This document shows, piece after piece, positions 35,853 to 47,670 of a DNA stretch of 64,000 nt. A program made the position numbers and the translations under genes. Under the pieces are notes generated by a model. That model saw only the letters and a list, made by a program, of their open reading frames with translations, was not told the DNA's origin and made no database searches. Positions within the stretch are counted from its first letter, which is position 1. The number at the start of each line of letters is the position of its first letter. The stretch lies in the NCBI GenBank assembly GCA_010093995.1, contig ML992503.1:673234-737233 (forward strand), given 5' to 3'. The stretch is from Elsinoe ampelina (Eukaryota).

Positions 35853-36068
35853 TGTTGGTACTGACGATATTCTTGTCGATGAGCTCCAATGTGGAAGTTT
35901 TTCGCGGAAACAGCTCCGACGCGCCAAGGCCATCGCATGCCGGCCTCGGTCTTCAGATGCTCAAGTCGCTGACATATCAAGTTTGGTTCATCATTCCACG
36001 ACCCGGAATTGTGCTTGCCAGATAGTATCACAAAGGACATTCAGATCAGCCTCCAAAGGGGGTCAATC

Positions 36069-36859
36069 ATGGGTGTGCCATCTTTCGAGACGACATTTGC
36101 AGTGCCACTTAGCTGCGAGGCCTGCATCAAGGATGTCTCCGAATCATTGTATAAGTTAGAAGGTAGACGTCACGATAGTACATGGTTAATCATTCAGACT
36201 GATAGCCACCAGGAATTCACAACGTATCAGCAAAACTTCAAGAACAACTCATATCGGTCGAAGGCAACGCTGCACCCTCGGCTATTGTTCAGGCCATCCA
36301 AGACACAGGCAGAGACGCCATTCTTCGAGGGAGCGGCAGGTCGAATAGCGCTGCAGTCTGTATACTGGAAACACATTCATCCAAAGTACAAGATGGCGTA
36401 CGAGGGCTGATCCGCATGGTACAAGTGGCTCCAGCCATGACCATCATCGACCTTTCGATAAAGGGCCTATCAGCGGGTACTTACCATGCCACGGTACGCG
36501 AAGGCGGCGACATTTCTGCAGGTCCGGAATCGACAGGTGCGATATGGGATTTTGCCAGAGCAAAGTCAGAAGGTAAAGCTGCCACTGCCAAAGGCGTCTT
36601 TGGCACTGTTGAGGTCAGCAAAAGTGGAATCGGCTCCGTCTTCCTTGACAAGCCGATAGAAGTGTGGGAGATGATAGGTCGAAGTATTGTCGTTTCGAAG
36701 CAGCAAGACGGCAAATTCAGCAAAGAAGACCCAGATACCCTTGTAGGTGTAATAGCGCGTAGTGCCGGGGTGTGGGACAACGACAAGACGGTATGCTCGT
36801 GCTCCGGCAAGACGGTGTGGGAGGAGAGACGGGAACAGGTGGACAAGGGGATGCTGTAG
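36069..36859 (+). CDS. CCS1: Copper chaperone for superoxide dismutase
   Basis: HMA domain PLSCEAC, intron 36163-36212, a SOD-like domain, and C-terminal GVIARSAGVWDNDKTVCSCSGKTVWEER with the CxC motif. Confidence 0.95.
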
Positions 36860-37583
36860 AGCCGAGACCATCGTCATGGCGTCACGCGTGTTCATCAGGA
36901 ACATGTGCTGGCGGTGAGAACGACCTAGGCCATAACGAATGCCAATCGTGTGTCCAGTCGTTCCAGAGTGTGCCATTCGAGGCTCGTTTAGAAGAGGCAA
37001 ATCAATAGCACACCGCCAAGCAGGTCACAAAGGACTTGGCTCAGCTGTGGAATTGGTAATAAATCAAGACGCCCAGCCTGGTGGTATCAGCGTTCGTGCA
37101 GCACAACCTGTGATGGACAAGAGAAGAGAGGCAGTCAGTGGCTGGATGAGGAAGAAGCGGCTAACAAAGCATTCGTCGAGGAGTGTCCCATTTGTCGCTC
37201 GGCTGGACCCGGTCTGCAGGACGGCGATCCTCCGGCAGCGCCATCAAGATGATCAAATGCGGTCTGGCGCCGCTCTCAGCCAACCATTGCTCTTTTCTAA
37301 CCGCTGGTCAAGAATCCCCATCACTCGCCCAAGATCCCATAACCCTTCCTCGTTTCCAAACATGGATGCTCTTAATTTCATACTTACATGCGTAGGTCGA
37401 TCTCCGTGCTACTCGCGTGTCTTTCCGACGTGTTTCGATTTCCTTATCCAACAGACCATTGCCACTCGTCCTACATACAGCTGTGTCTATACCACCGCCA
37501 TCAAAGGCGACTTATCAACAGCAGAAGACTTTGAATATGCTTGATCACCTCGACAGGCGGTAACAACTCGCCACCTGCTCACC

Positions 37584-39737
37584 ATGTCGCTGCGCCAGGA
37601 GATCGAGACCTGGGTGTCGGCATTGAAGCATTACGATGAACACGACTACGATTCGGCGCTCCACGCCTTTCATCAGATCGCGGATACCTCGAAGATTCTC
37701 TTCAACTGTGGTGTCATTCATGCCACCCTGGGAGAGCACGGAAAGGCTATCGATTGCTATTCACGATCAACACAGCTCGACCAATACCTTGCGATTGCTT
37801 ACTTCCAGCAAGGCGTGTCCAATTTTCTGACTGGAGACTTTGAGGAAGCGCTTGCCAACTTCAACGACACCCTGCTCTATCTTCGGGGCAACAGGTACAT
37901 CGACTATGCCCAGCTTGGACTCAAGTTCAAGCTTCATTCGTGCGAAGCTCTCTTCAATCGAGGACTATGCTACTTCTATCTTCAGCAACGAGAAGCTGGA
38001 ATGTCAGACCTGCTGTTCGCCTCGCGAGAGAAGGCCGTTCCAGATCATAATGTCATCGACGAAGCCATCAGAGATCGAGCTGAAGGATACACGGTCTTCA
38101 GCATCCCTGTTGGCATTGTCTATCGACCGAACGAAGCAAAGGTCAAGAACCTCCGGACGAAGGACTATCTAGGACGAGCTCGTCTGATCGCGCAGCAACA
38201 GAACAACCGGCCAGAACGACGACAGCTGAGTGCACAGGATCTAAGCTCGAGTCTGGCTTTCGACGGTGATGGTAGCTATGCAGCCATGCATCTCGTCAGA
38301 CCCGGCCTGTCATCACGAAACAGGCAGCAATCCGAGCCGCCGCTTCATCGAGCTGTATTTCCACCCACACCGCCACCAGAGATGGAACGCCCTCTGTCTA
38401 GTGAGGAGACTAGAAGAGATGTTTCTCGAACTAGCCAAGATTCGTCATACAGACCTAGTCATCAACGTCGATCATCAGAATCAACCACAGTCGCATCACA
38501 ATCGAACACTTCTATTCGTCGAACGACAAACAAGCCGTCCAAACTAGATCTTGGATTAGCCGCCTTCGAAGCACCTCCAAACGAATATCAACCAGCACAA
38601 TCCACCTCCCCAAACTTCTCAAAACCCACTCGACCCAGAATCAACACCCGGTCAGCTTCTGAACGCCCAACAACCCGCCGTCCAGCTCCAGCCCACATCG
38701 ACACATCCTTCAACTCCCGCATGCACGACCCCAACATCGCCATCCGTTCCCGAGAACGTCTCTCCCTCCTCGAATCCTCCCGCCAGACAAACTCGCCCTC
38801 GCCCACCTCCCCGGCCCAACTCGCCCCTCTCTCCTTCTCACACCGCCGCTCTCACTCCTCCTCCACCATCACCGCCCACACTCACTCCGGCTCCTGGACC
38901 GAGCTCCCCCCACACAACCGGGTCCCTAGCATCACCGAAGCCTCCGAGCCCCCCACACCCGCCCCTTTCAACTTCGGCACCGACACAACCCCCATCTCCG
39001 CCTCCGACGCATCCACCTCCCTCTCCGCCCGTCCCGTCTCCGACGCATCCTCCACGCCCTCCTCCTCCGACACACCCACAAGCGACATGTCCAGCGGCAT
39101 CATCTCCGGCTTCGAGCTCGTCACACACACCACCAACCTCACCGCCCCCGCCCTGGCCGCAGCCTCCATCGCGCCCAAAACCCCGCCCCTCCCCCGCCGC
39201 AACCCAAGCCGCACAGGCCGCTCCCCGGCCCCCACTCACGCCCGGCAGAGGGACACCAGCCACCACCGTCTCCGCGCCGGGAGCCGCTCGCGTCCCCGCC
39301 ACACTCACGACCGAGACCGGCGGGACAGAGACGAGGTGGTGGACGACCTCGCCCCTCCTCCTCCTCCTGGTCCTCCTCCGACCGTCAAGCGCATCCGCGT
39401 GAAACTCCACGCCGCGAGCGACACGCGCTACCTGATGATTTCCCCCGATATCCACGTCTCTGCGCTGCTGGAGCTGGTGAGGACCAAGCTGGGGATCAAG
39501 GGGGAGTTTAAAGTCAAGATGCGGGACGAGGAGGGGGATTTCGTCACGATTGGGGATGGGGAGGATTGGGAGATGTGTATTGATTCCGTCAGGAGGGGGG
39601 CGAGGGGGGAGTGGGAGGGGGCGGTTAGGGAGTGGCAGGGGCAGGTGGGGGAGGGAGGGGGAGGAGGAGGGGCAGGGATGGGGGTTGGGGATAGGGGGGA
39701 GTTGGGCAAGGTGGATTTGTGGATTAGTGAGTCCTGA
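37584..39737 (+). CDS. noxR: NADPH oxidase regulator NoxR (p67phox-like)
   Basis: MSLRQEIETWV, then TPR repeats (SKILFNCG..DQYLAIAYFQQG), the activation region VFSIPVGIVYRP..KNL..KDYLG, a Pro/Ser-rich linker and a C-terminal PB1 (IRVKLH..KMRDEEGDFVTIGDGEDW). Single exon. Confidence 0.93.
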   Translation: MSLRQEIETWVSALKHYDEHDYDSALHAFHQIADTSKILFNCGVIHATLGEHGKAIDCYSRSTQLDQYLAIAYFQQGVSNFLTGDFEEALANFNDTLLYLRGNRYIDYAQLGLKFKLHSCEALFNRGLCYFYLQQREAGMSDLLFASREKAVPDHNVIDEAIRDRAEGYTVFSIPVGIVYRPNEAKVKNLRTKDYLGRARLIAQQQNNRPERRQLSAQDLSSSLAFDGDGSYAAMHLVRPGLSSRNRQQSEPPLHRAVFPPTPPPEMERPLSSEETRRDVSRTSQDSSYRPSHQRRSSESTTVASQSNTSIRRTTNKPSKLDLGLAAFEAPPNEYQPAQSTSPNFSKPTRPRINTRSASERPTTRRPAPAHIDTSFNSRMHDPNIAIRSRERLSLLESSRQTNSPSPTSPAQLAPLSFSHRRSHSSSTITAHTHSGSWTELPPHNRVPSITEASEPPTPAPFNFGTDTTPISASDASTSLSARPVSDASSTPSSSDTPTSDMSSGIISGFELVTHTTNLTAPALAAASIAPKTPPLPRRNPSRTGRSPAPTHARQRDTSHHRLRAGSRSRPRHTHDRDRRDRDEVVDDLAPPPPPGPPPTVKRIRVKLHAASDTRYLMISPDIHVSALLELVRTKLGIKGEFKVKMRDEEGDFVTIGDGEDWEMCIDSVRRGARGEWEGAVREWQGQVGEGGGGGGAGMGVGDRGELGKVDLWISES

Positions 39738-40020
39738 TTGATCTCGGGGTTGGGGAGGATGGGAGGGAAGATCGGGTGCGGTGGGACAGGATTGGAACGG
39801 GAAGGGATAGGGTGATGACTTATGATACCACATTGAATGCAAATTGATTCTTCACAATCATGTGAGTAATGAGCAGTGGAGGGATGGGGCATGAGTGATC
39901 GTGTTCATTCTTCAAACACAGACTGTGTGCTGTATCTACTTTGTGCGTCATCTCTGCTCAGGTATGCTCTACCTCGTCCGCACCTTGGCCCTCGAGCCAC
40001 GTCATGCGGTGCAAGTCACT

Positions 40021-41977
40021 CTACCTCTTCCACCCCTCAACAGCACTATCCACCCTCTTCCTCCTCGCAATCTGCTCATCACACATCTCCAAGAAAACCT
40101 TGTACTTCTCCTCCAACAACTTCTTCTCATGCGTATCCTTGCCTGGCTTGGTGATCTTACCCGGCTTGCTCATCCGGTCCATGATATTCCACAACGGCTC
40201 CCCTCCCTTGCCATCATCACTCGCTGCTTTGGCGCCCAACATGGCTGCTCCGTGCACCACCGCTGCATGGACGTATCGTGGGATTAGCACGGGCATGTCG
40301 CAGACCGTCGCGATGAGGTACATGAGGATGTCATTCTGGCATTGCGAGCCGGACATGAAGATGCTACTGATCACGTGGCCGGATTGGTTCATGCGCTCGA
40401 TGATTTGGCGGGTTTGAAGGGCGATGAACTCCATGGTGGCATAGTACTGTAGGGCGAGGGCGTCGATGCTCTTGTCCGAGGACAGACCGATGATGCTGCC
40501 GCGCATGTTGCTGTCGGCGATGGGGGAGCGGTTGCCGAAGAGGTCGCCGTAGAAGAAGAAGTGGCGGCCGAGGTAGGAGACGGAGGGGGCATCTTGCTTC
40601 TCTTGCAGCTCGCGGAGGTGCTCGTTGAGATAGTCGTAGATGTTGGCGTTGAAGGTCTCTGCCACCGACATAGCTTCTTGGAAGGCAGGGTGGGTCTCGA
40701 GCATGAACTTGAGAAGCTCGCCAGTGGCTGATTGACCACCTTCCGCGAGCCAATAGTCTGGGATGAGCACGTCGCGGTATGGACCCCAGACCCCGTTGAC
40801 GAACACAGGCTTCTCGGACATGGCGATGTGGCAGGTGGACGTGCCTGCGACTGCTGCCAAACGGGTGAAGGCTTGAGAGACGTCGTTCTTCGGGACTGAT
40901 GGGTCGAGCTCGTCTTCGCCCAGTCGAACCTTTGCACCGACTGTGCCGATCCAACCAGCATATGCGTCGATTACACCGGAGCCGATAGCAATTCCGGGAG
41001 GAAGGCCCATGTCGGCCGCTGCACGTTCGCAAAGGGTGCCGATGCGCTCTCCGGCTGATGCGTATTTGCCGTTCTGTCGAGTGTCAGTGCAATGCTCTTC
41101 ATGTAAAAATCGATAAGGAGTAGTACCACCCCGTCGACAGCGCCCATGCGCAGGAAGTCATCTTTGACTAGGTCCTCAAGACCGATCTCCTTGAGAAAAT
41201 CCTCCTGCCATCCCTTGACGCTGCCATCCACACCAACAGGTACATAGCCCTGCTTGCAGACGACCGAGCACAAACTCCTCGTCTCATTACCGGTTGCGAT
41301 GTGTGTAAGAGCATCACCGAGATCGTAGAACTTGCAACGCTCGAAGAGCTCCTTGGGCATGTTGTTCTTCAACCACAAGACCTTTGGGATCTCCATCTCT
41401 ATGCTCATCTGTCCACCAACATAGCGTAGGAGATTGTGGTTTGTGGCATTGATCTTCTCAGTCTCCTTCTCGGGTCTGTGGTCCAGCCATAGAATCACGT
41501 TCCTGTCATTGCCGTCCGCATTGTCGAACTTAGGGCCAGTGACCGGGACTGGCTCGTCGGTATCGTGAGAGAAGACTGCGAGCGAGCAGGTTGCGTCGAA
41601 GCCGATACCACGGATGGTGGATCCGTCGATGTTGTGCTGTTGCATAGCTCGCTGGACGGAATTGCAGATGCATCGCCAGATGTCAGTGGTGGATTGTTCC
41701 TGGTCGGGTCAGTATCTCATCCTGTTTCTCGAGTCCATGGTGTGCTCACGTAGTATCCTGGCTTTGGCTGCCAAAGCCCAATGTTCTCACTGGCAAGCCC
41801 GACAATGTCTCCTTTGTCGTTCATGATGCATGCTCTCGCACTTCCCGTCCCCACATCAATACCAATGTAGTGTTCCTGGTGCACACGGAGCTCATTGTGA
41901 GGATCCACAGACATTTGCCTCGATTGCTGTCTGCTGGCTTGCCTGTACGGCTGACGAATTGGCATTGAAGGTGCCAT
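40021..41977 (-). CDS. FGGY-family carbohydrate (pentulose/D-ribulo-) kinase
   Basis: Contains YIGIDVGTGSARAC, GIGFDATCSL, ILWLDHR, GVIDAYAGW, GTSTCH, EGGQSATG and GNRSP. Introns are 41749-41700 and 41126-41074. Confidence 0.93.
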
Positions 41978-42750
41978 TGTGGGCGACTTTGCTCTTTTTA
42001 TCTTGGTGGTCCCTTGCTGCGAATCAAGCGGCGGCTGTGCCGTAGGATGCAAGGCACGAGAGAGGGGAATTACTGGTTGTGGTGCGTGGCTTGTGACGAA
42101 CAAGTCTTGGGTGTTGGATTGAGGAGGGGCAAGTAGCTACAACGTGAGGAGAAGGAGTTCAGATCGAATTGTGTAGAAACAGACCTGGGAGAGCAGCTCA
42201 ACCAGACTTATTTTTCCGCTGCTCCCACCGCCTCTCACCTGTGACGTTGCAGATCTTGGAGCTCTGGATTTTTTGCTTTGGTCGGGCTCGCACCGCTGTG
42301 GGGCAAGCAGTGATCACAGCAGGAGCATTGAGAGTAGAGTGATTCAACGAAATGCGGACTGCATCAGGGATGCTTCACAATTGCGGGCAAACATACGGGG
42401 AACCGATTGAGAGCTCCCCGCCAGCCACGAACTTGGGATGAAGCTGCCCCTCCATCGCCGTGACCCCTCTATCCCCAATCCAGGCACCAAAGAATTGACC
42501 CCTCCAGCTCTTAAATTGAAGCTCTGGCTTTTGCCTCTGTTTTCGTGGCGGCTCTCTGGCTGATCTGCCCCTCGTCAGGTAAAAGATGACGTCGATCTCG
42601 TCGGTCCTTCCGCACCAATTCCACATCTCACCTCTCCCACGCTGCGGCTCCATCAACTCCCCGGCTAAACCCCGGCCATCAAAGCTATCCCATCCGTCCA
42701 ACCCAGCTTCACCACCACCTGCCCCCAATCCACCACGCACAACCACAACC

Positions 42751-43395
42751 ATGCGCCTCCTCACAACCCTCACACTCCTCCTCTCCTCCCCCCTCCCCGC
42801 CCTCACCGCCACCCTCTCCCCGCAAACCCTCACCATCTCCCTCGCGTCCCCCGACACAACCACCACAACACCCTACATCGACATCCACTACGACCCGTCC
42901 TCCCTCACCGCAACCCTACTCAAAACCCACTCCCCCTCCATCCCCGCCGCCCCTCTCCTCACCCTCGGCTTCCACCGCCCGGACCTCATCGCCCTCTCCC
43001 CTTCGAAAGAAAAAGCCTACACCTCCATCCTCCTCCCCCCCTCCGCCTTCTCCTCCTTCCGCGACCGCACCCTCACCCTCCTCGTCGACCGCGCCGGCGT
43101 ACCCTACCACTTATCCTTCTCGTCCGTCCCCGCGGTGCCGCCGCCGAGCGACGACCCGGCGGTGGAGGCCCGCCGGAAACGGAACCCGAGACCGGTCGAG
43201 GGGAGTATCAAGGTGGAGGTGGAGCAAATCAAGCCTGGTCCTGGGCCGGTGTTGAATAAGCCGGTGGTGTTGAGCAGGGATGGGAGGGTGGAGGGTCAGG
43301 AGCCGGAGAAGAGTTTTTTGCAAAAGTATTGGTGGGCGATTGGCATATTTTTGGTGATTCAGGTGGTGGCGGGGGGTGGGGGAGGGGAGAAGTAG
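42751..43395 (+). CDS. EMC10: ER membrane protein complex subunit 10-like
   Basis: Signal peptide MRLLTTLTLLL.., then P.LNKPVVL..DG....EPEKSFLQKYWW followed by a TM helix and a Gly tail. Confidence 0.8.
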   Translation: MRLLTTLTLLLSSPLPALTATLSPQTLTISLASPDTTTTTPYIDIHYDPSSLTATLLKTHSPSIPAAPLLTLGFHRPDLIALSPSKEKAYTSILLPPSAFSSFRDRTLTLLVDRAGVPYHLSFSSVPAVPPPSDDPAVEARRKRNPRPVEGSIKVEVEQIKPGPGPVLNKPVVLSRDGRVEGQEPEKSFLQKYWWAIGIFLVIQVVAGGGGGEK

Positions 43396-44086
43396 GGTGC
43401 GCTGGGAAGAGGGATTGGGGCGGTGGGGTTACTGTATGTGAAGTGATGGAAGGGAAGATGCAGGTGTATAGACTGATGGCAGTTGATGGAGATGAAGTTG
43501 CAAAGTCTGAAGGGGTATGCGAGGCGGGCTGGGCGGACTGACGGTGTGGTGTATGATGGCGGTACTGGAGAGGTGCATGATTACACCGGAAGCATTCCTC
43601 ATAGATATCCCAATAAGCACTCGAGTGAGCAATCTAAGCATCCATTCCATTCATCAAGTGAAGCCTGAAAGCCTCGAGACCCATCCCATTCGACAGGCTA
43701 TTTACTCCTCCCGCTCGATGCATCTAATTACAGGTGTGGCAAAAGCGATCCGAACTCATTCCGAGCAGGCGCACGAGAAGAATTTGTCGTGAGAGAGAGG
43801 CGCGCGGGTATGGACATGGCATGACGAGGATCGACGATGCGAAATGAAAAGGGTGGTGGTATATGGATAGTGAAGCTGGGGTATATTTGGTGTAGACTGT
43901 GAAGAAGTCGCTTGATGTCGTCGCGAGAGATGATGCGAAAGGTACGCTGAAAAATGCAGGTCGTTGGGTCTAGTTGCGCAAGAGATCGCGGAGGCTGTGG
44001 AAGAACGCTACTGGTGGTCGACCGTGGTAGCCGTTGGCCACGGCGATGAGGAGGAGAAGGACAGGCAGAATGCGTCGGACGAGGAG

Positions 44087-45917
44087 TCATAAGACGGTGC
44101 ACGTGTTGGAATGGTACCTGAGAGGGAGCAGTCAGCTTCGGCTGTTGAAGACGGAGCGGTGCGTGTGGAGTCACTGTTAGGAATGACCGTGCGTAGAGGT
44201 GGGAACTCAGGGATCATATGGGGAAGCCCGTTCTGCTTCTTTGTTGGTCGGGACGAGTGTATCTGGGAGGGGTAAATGCTTACCATCTTTGCGATTCCAT
44301 CAATTTGATCCATCGCGCTGTAATCTTCAGCCGTTGTCGGACGCTGTTGGTCTGCAGCATTTGGTATTTGGCAACGTCGTTGATCGGGAGTATGCTTGCG
44401 AACCAATACGGAAAGACCGAAGCGTCGTCCGGAGGTCCGCCGTATGCTTGTAGAATGCCTTCATGCAGCCAGGGTGCGCTCCGCGCTTGCATCCGTCGAA
44501 TAAAGTCATGCCCAAGATCCAGTAATTGCTGGGTGGACATTCGAGTGATCAGACCTTCCACGTCGTTTTCTGCAGTAGGTGGCAGTGAGGTCTCTTGCGT
44601 CTCAATAGCCTCTTCTTCCGACAATGGGACGTCTTCCACCCTCTCTACCCTGCCGACTGAATACCCGTCCAGGGTCCCAGCCACAAGAATCTTGAACCGT
44701 GAAACACCTCGTGTCTCTATTATGCTAGTACCATCCGGCATCAATTGGGCATTTTCTATCCGAAGCAAAGTTCCATACTGCATGAAATGCGAATGCCCCA
44801 ATTCGCCCTGCGGTGTATTGACTTGGTTGTACATGACAATACCGAAGGTCCGGTTGCCTTCGAGTGCTCGCCTAAGCATCAATCTGTAGCGAGGCTCGAA
44901 AACGCGAAGAAACGTTGGGCACCCAGGAAAACCAAGTGTGACGACGAAAAGCGGCGTATCAAACTCGCCCATCGCTGTTGTCTCCTCACTGGTTATAGCT
45001 TCTCGTCGAGCCGCCACTAGATCTGGGACCAAGCCGTCCAGTAGATCGCCGAGTGTCTTGTTCGATGGATGAGACTGAAGTGACGGTGGAATCAGGACAA
45101 TCCGTCGGCATACTGGACAGTGTAGGGAGTGGTCGAGGGATCGCACAAGACATTTGCGACACAGAGTGTGGCCGCATGACGTCGTGACCGGGTCCAGCAT
45201 CAAGTTGTAGCAAACTTGACAGTCGAGTTCTCGGTGACAGGTGTCGAGAAGATGCGCGAGTACAAGGTCGTCCGCTGTCTTATCTTCATCGGTGTTGCCA
45301 GTCAAAGACTCGTAAGAGATGTCCACATCATACTGAAGCTGTCCAGAAGCCGCGGCATTGTATGTAGCAACCAACCTTCCGTGTGATCTGATAGCAACCC
45401 CAGGTTCACCTTGCGACGAGTGATATTGCATGACATCCGAGGATAGATGTTCCGTGATATTCTGCATGTCCGAGAGAGAGTTTTGTTTTGCTACCACTTC
45501 TGCCACCGAATCCATCACCTTTGTCAGAACCACATCAAGAGAGCAATCCGCAACGGTATGTTCCTCCCCACATGTTGTAAACGGACATTTGACAGCCCGC
45601 CTCCGATCCGGCAAGTCCGGCCATGTTATTCTTTCTCGCTCATGAGATTCGGGAAGACAAGATCGACAGACCGAGCGACCACATGGTAATGTGACGGGAG
45701 TGCTGAAAGGTTTCGAGCATTTCGGACATTGTATTAGTCGTACCAGTGCGCGAGCCTGCTCGTGTGCCTTTAAACCAGACGCCTGCGACGGCTCAGGGTG
45801 GGACTGAAAATCTTGTTGCATCAAGCCGGCCGGAGCCTGCGCCTGCGCGTGCGCCAGGCTAGACTGATGGCCTCCAGAATCGGATGAAGGTGATTGAGTT
45901 GCTTGGACCGAGTTCAT
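44087..45917 (-). CDS. RING-finger + LON substrate-binding domain protein (CrgA/LONRF-like E3 ligase)
   Basis: Two RING-like motifs (CPKC..LPCGRSVCRSC; CQVC..TSCGHTLCRKC..CPVC) and a LON domain (LRVFEPRYRLMLRRAL..FGIV..YGTLL). Intron 44283-44118 is followed by the terminal exon (W)YHSNTCTVL*. Confidence 0.9.
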
Positions 45918-47670
45918 CTATTGGTGTCGTCGAGGGCGGGAATGACAATCCATACGGCGATGGTATAACGCGACAGAGTTGTTAAATGAGTGAAGTTGTC
46001 TCTGCGAGGTTACTCGGCAAACGGTGTTGTAGAGAAGTTTTGCTGGTGGAGTGATGCGTACAGTTCAGGTGATGACGTCTACGCTAGGGTGGTGTGGAAA
46101 AGGCCCCGTCGCAAGTGTGCCGCCAGGCCTTTTGAAAGCCCGAGTTAAGGACCCTGCAATGGTTAATTGACAGCCCGGCGAATGGGCAATTTGTTTCTGG
46201 ATTTGCGGAGCTTGATCCGTCCTGCTGGTCTGGACCCGTGGTGGTGTGTACTTCCGCCGCGCGCTTGTGAAGATGTTGAGAAGCGGACTTGCAATTCAAC
46301 CAGCCTGGATGCACACTTCAAGTATTGCTACACTTGTGTCGTGACTGGTCAGACCAACGGTGAATGAGGTTGCCGAACCCGAGCAGAAACAGACAATTAC
46401 TCAGCTGGGATGAGCCGTATCGTGTCAGCCTTTTGTGAATGCGCTGGTGATCGCGTATTTGCAGCGAGACAAGGACCACAGGCAGTCGATTGATGGCTTC
46501 GATTGGCTGCTGAAACGGCGCCCACGTCCGAAGAGTGAACCCGATGAGCAAGGCGGATGGAAATCATGGCGGGCAGAAGCGCGATCTGTAGGAGAAGATG
46601 TGTGGCCCACGTACCGATTGGCGTCACATAAGAAGGACTGGAGATCGAGGATGCAGGCCAAAGTCTGCCAGAACCGTATCTGATCCTCGCCCAGCAACCG
46701 TCCAGTGTCTCGCCCGTGACTATCACATCTCACAGCAGGACTTGCAACACACAAGCGAGAGCTGTTCTGTTTCCCTGCTTCTTCCCTCGGTTCTGTGATG
46801 TTCAGTGGCTGATCGAGTGTCGTTCTCCCGAGGAAAACCCAGTTCCAAGGTTCGGCTAGGCTTCCCACTCCTGGACTGAGGTGGGAGCAATTCTTTCATG
46901 CATTAGTTTGTCGGACATGTCCGCGCCATTCTCCCAGCACCACCTCAAATCAAGACCCTGGCCTGTTCTATCTTGCACACAAGGACCACTCGCTTGCAAG
47001 CTTGCAAATTTGTGTGGAGGGTCTTCTGACAGCATGGCCTATAGCGCGAGTCAAGCAGGTCATCCGCAGATGGAAAGTGGGATGCAAGGTGGGTCTCTTG
47101 CATCAATGACGGCCCGACCAAGCGTCTCCGGACTGTTCATGTTTAGAGTTTGCCTGTTTCGGAAGTCTGTCTATTTTCAAACGTCAGGGTGAGCATTCGA
47201 CGCCGACAGTATGTTCGTCCCACTTATGCAAGGAACATGGGTTCTTATCAACTTTGCTGAAAGCAAGGTCTATCGACAGAGGCGCATCGTGAGATGTATT
47301 GCAGAGTCTAGGTGTAAACTAAGTACAAGGAAGAGCATCTAAGTGTACACGAAGCAAGATTGATGCGAACAGTAGTGGTATCACAATCGACCAGGAATAC
47401 AATGCGCCAAAAATCCGGCATAAGCAGTATATACGAGTCGACCCAGAAGCGTCCCTTGACACCAAATATGCTGTCGCTGTGCATTGTGGGTACGTAGGCG
47501 TGGTGTCGTGAGCATGAGCGGTCGAAAGCAGCCGTGTAGAAATGGTCGCGTGAGAGCTGATCATTGACAATCGTCCAACAGGGCCGACCAGACGGAACGC
47601 CAGGTATAAGTCAATGAGACTTGGTAAGTTAGCCAACGCCGTGGAAATGCAATCCAGGATGTGAAATATG

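Noticed and set aside
34096..39737. Uricase, CCS1 and NoxR as a ROS gene cluster
   Set aside because: The theme is tempting, but the genes are interleaved with unrelated housekeeping genes and I saw no shared motif. Synteny and co-expression data would be needed.
38838..39842. 334-aa Pro/Gly-rich minus-strand ORF
   Set aside because: It is antisense to noxR and a by-product of the C/G skew.
41978..42103. In-frame non-AUG N-terminal extension of the FGGY kinase
   Set aside because: There is only a TTG start and an open frame, with no other support.
46084..47636. Short ORFs between the RING-LON and Rab genes
   Set aside because: No recognisable motifs or consistent splice model.
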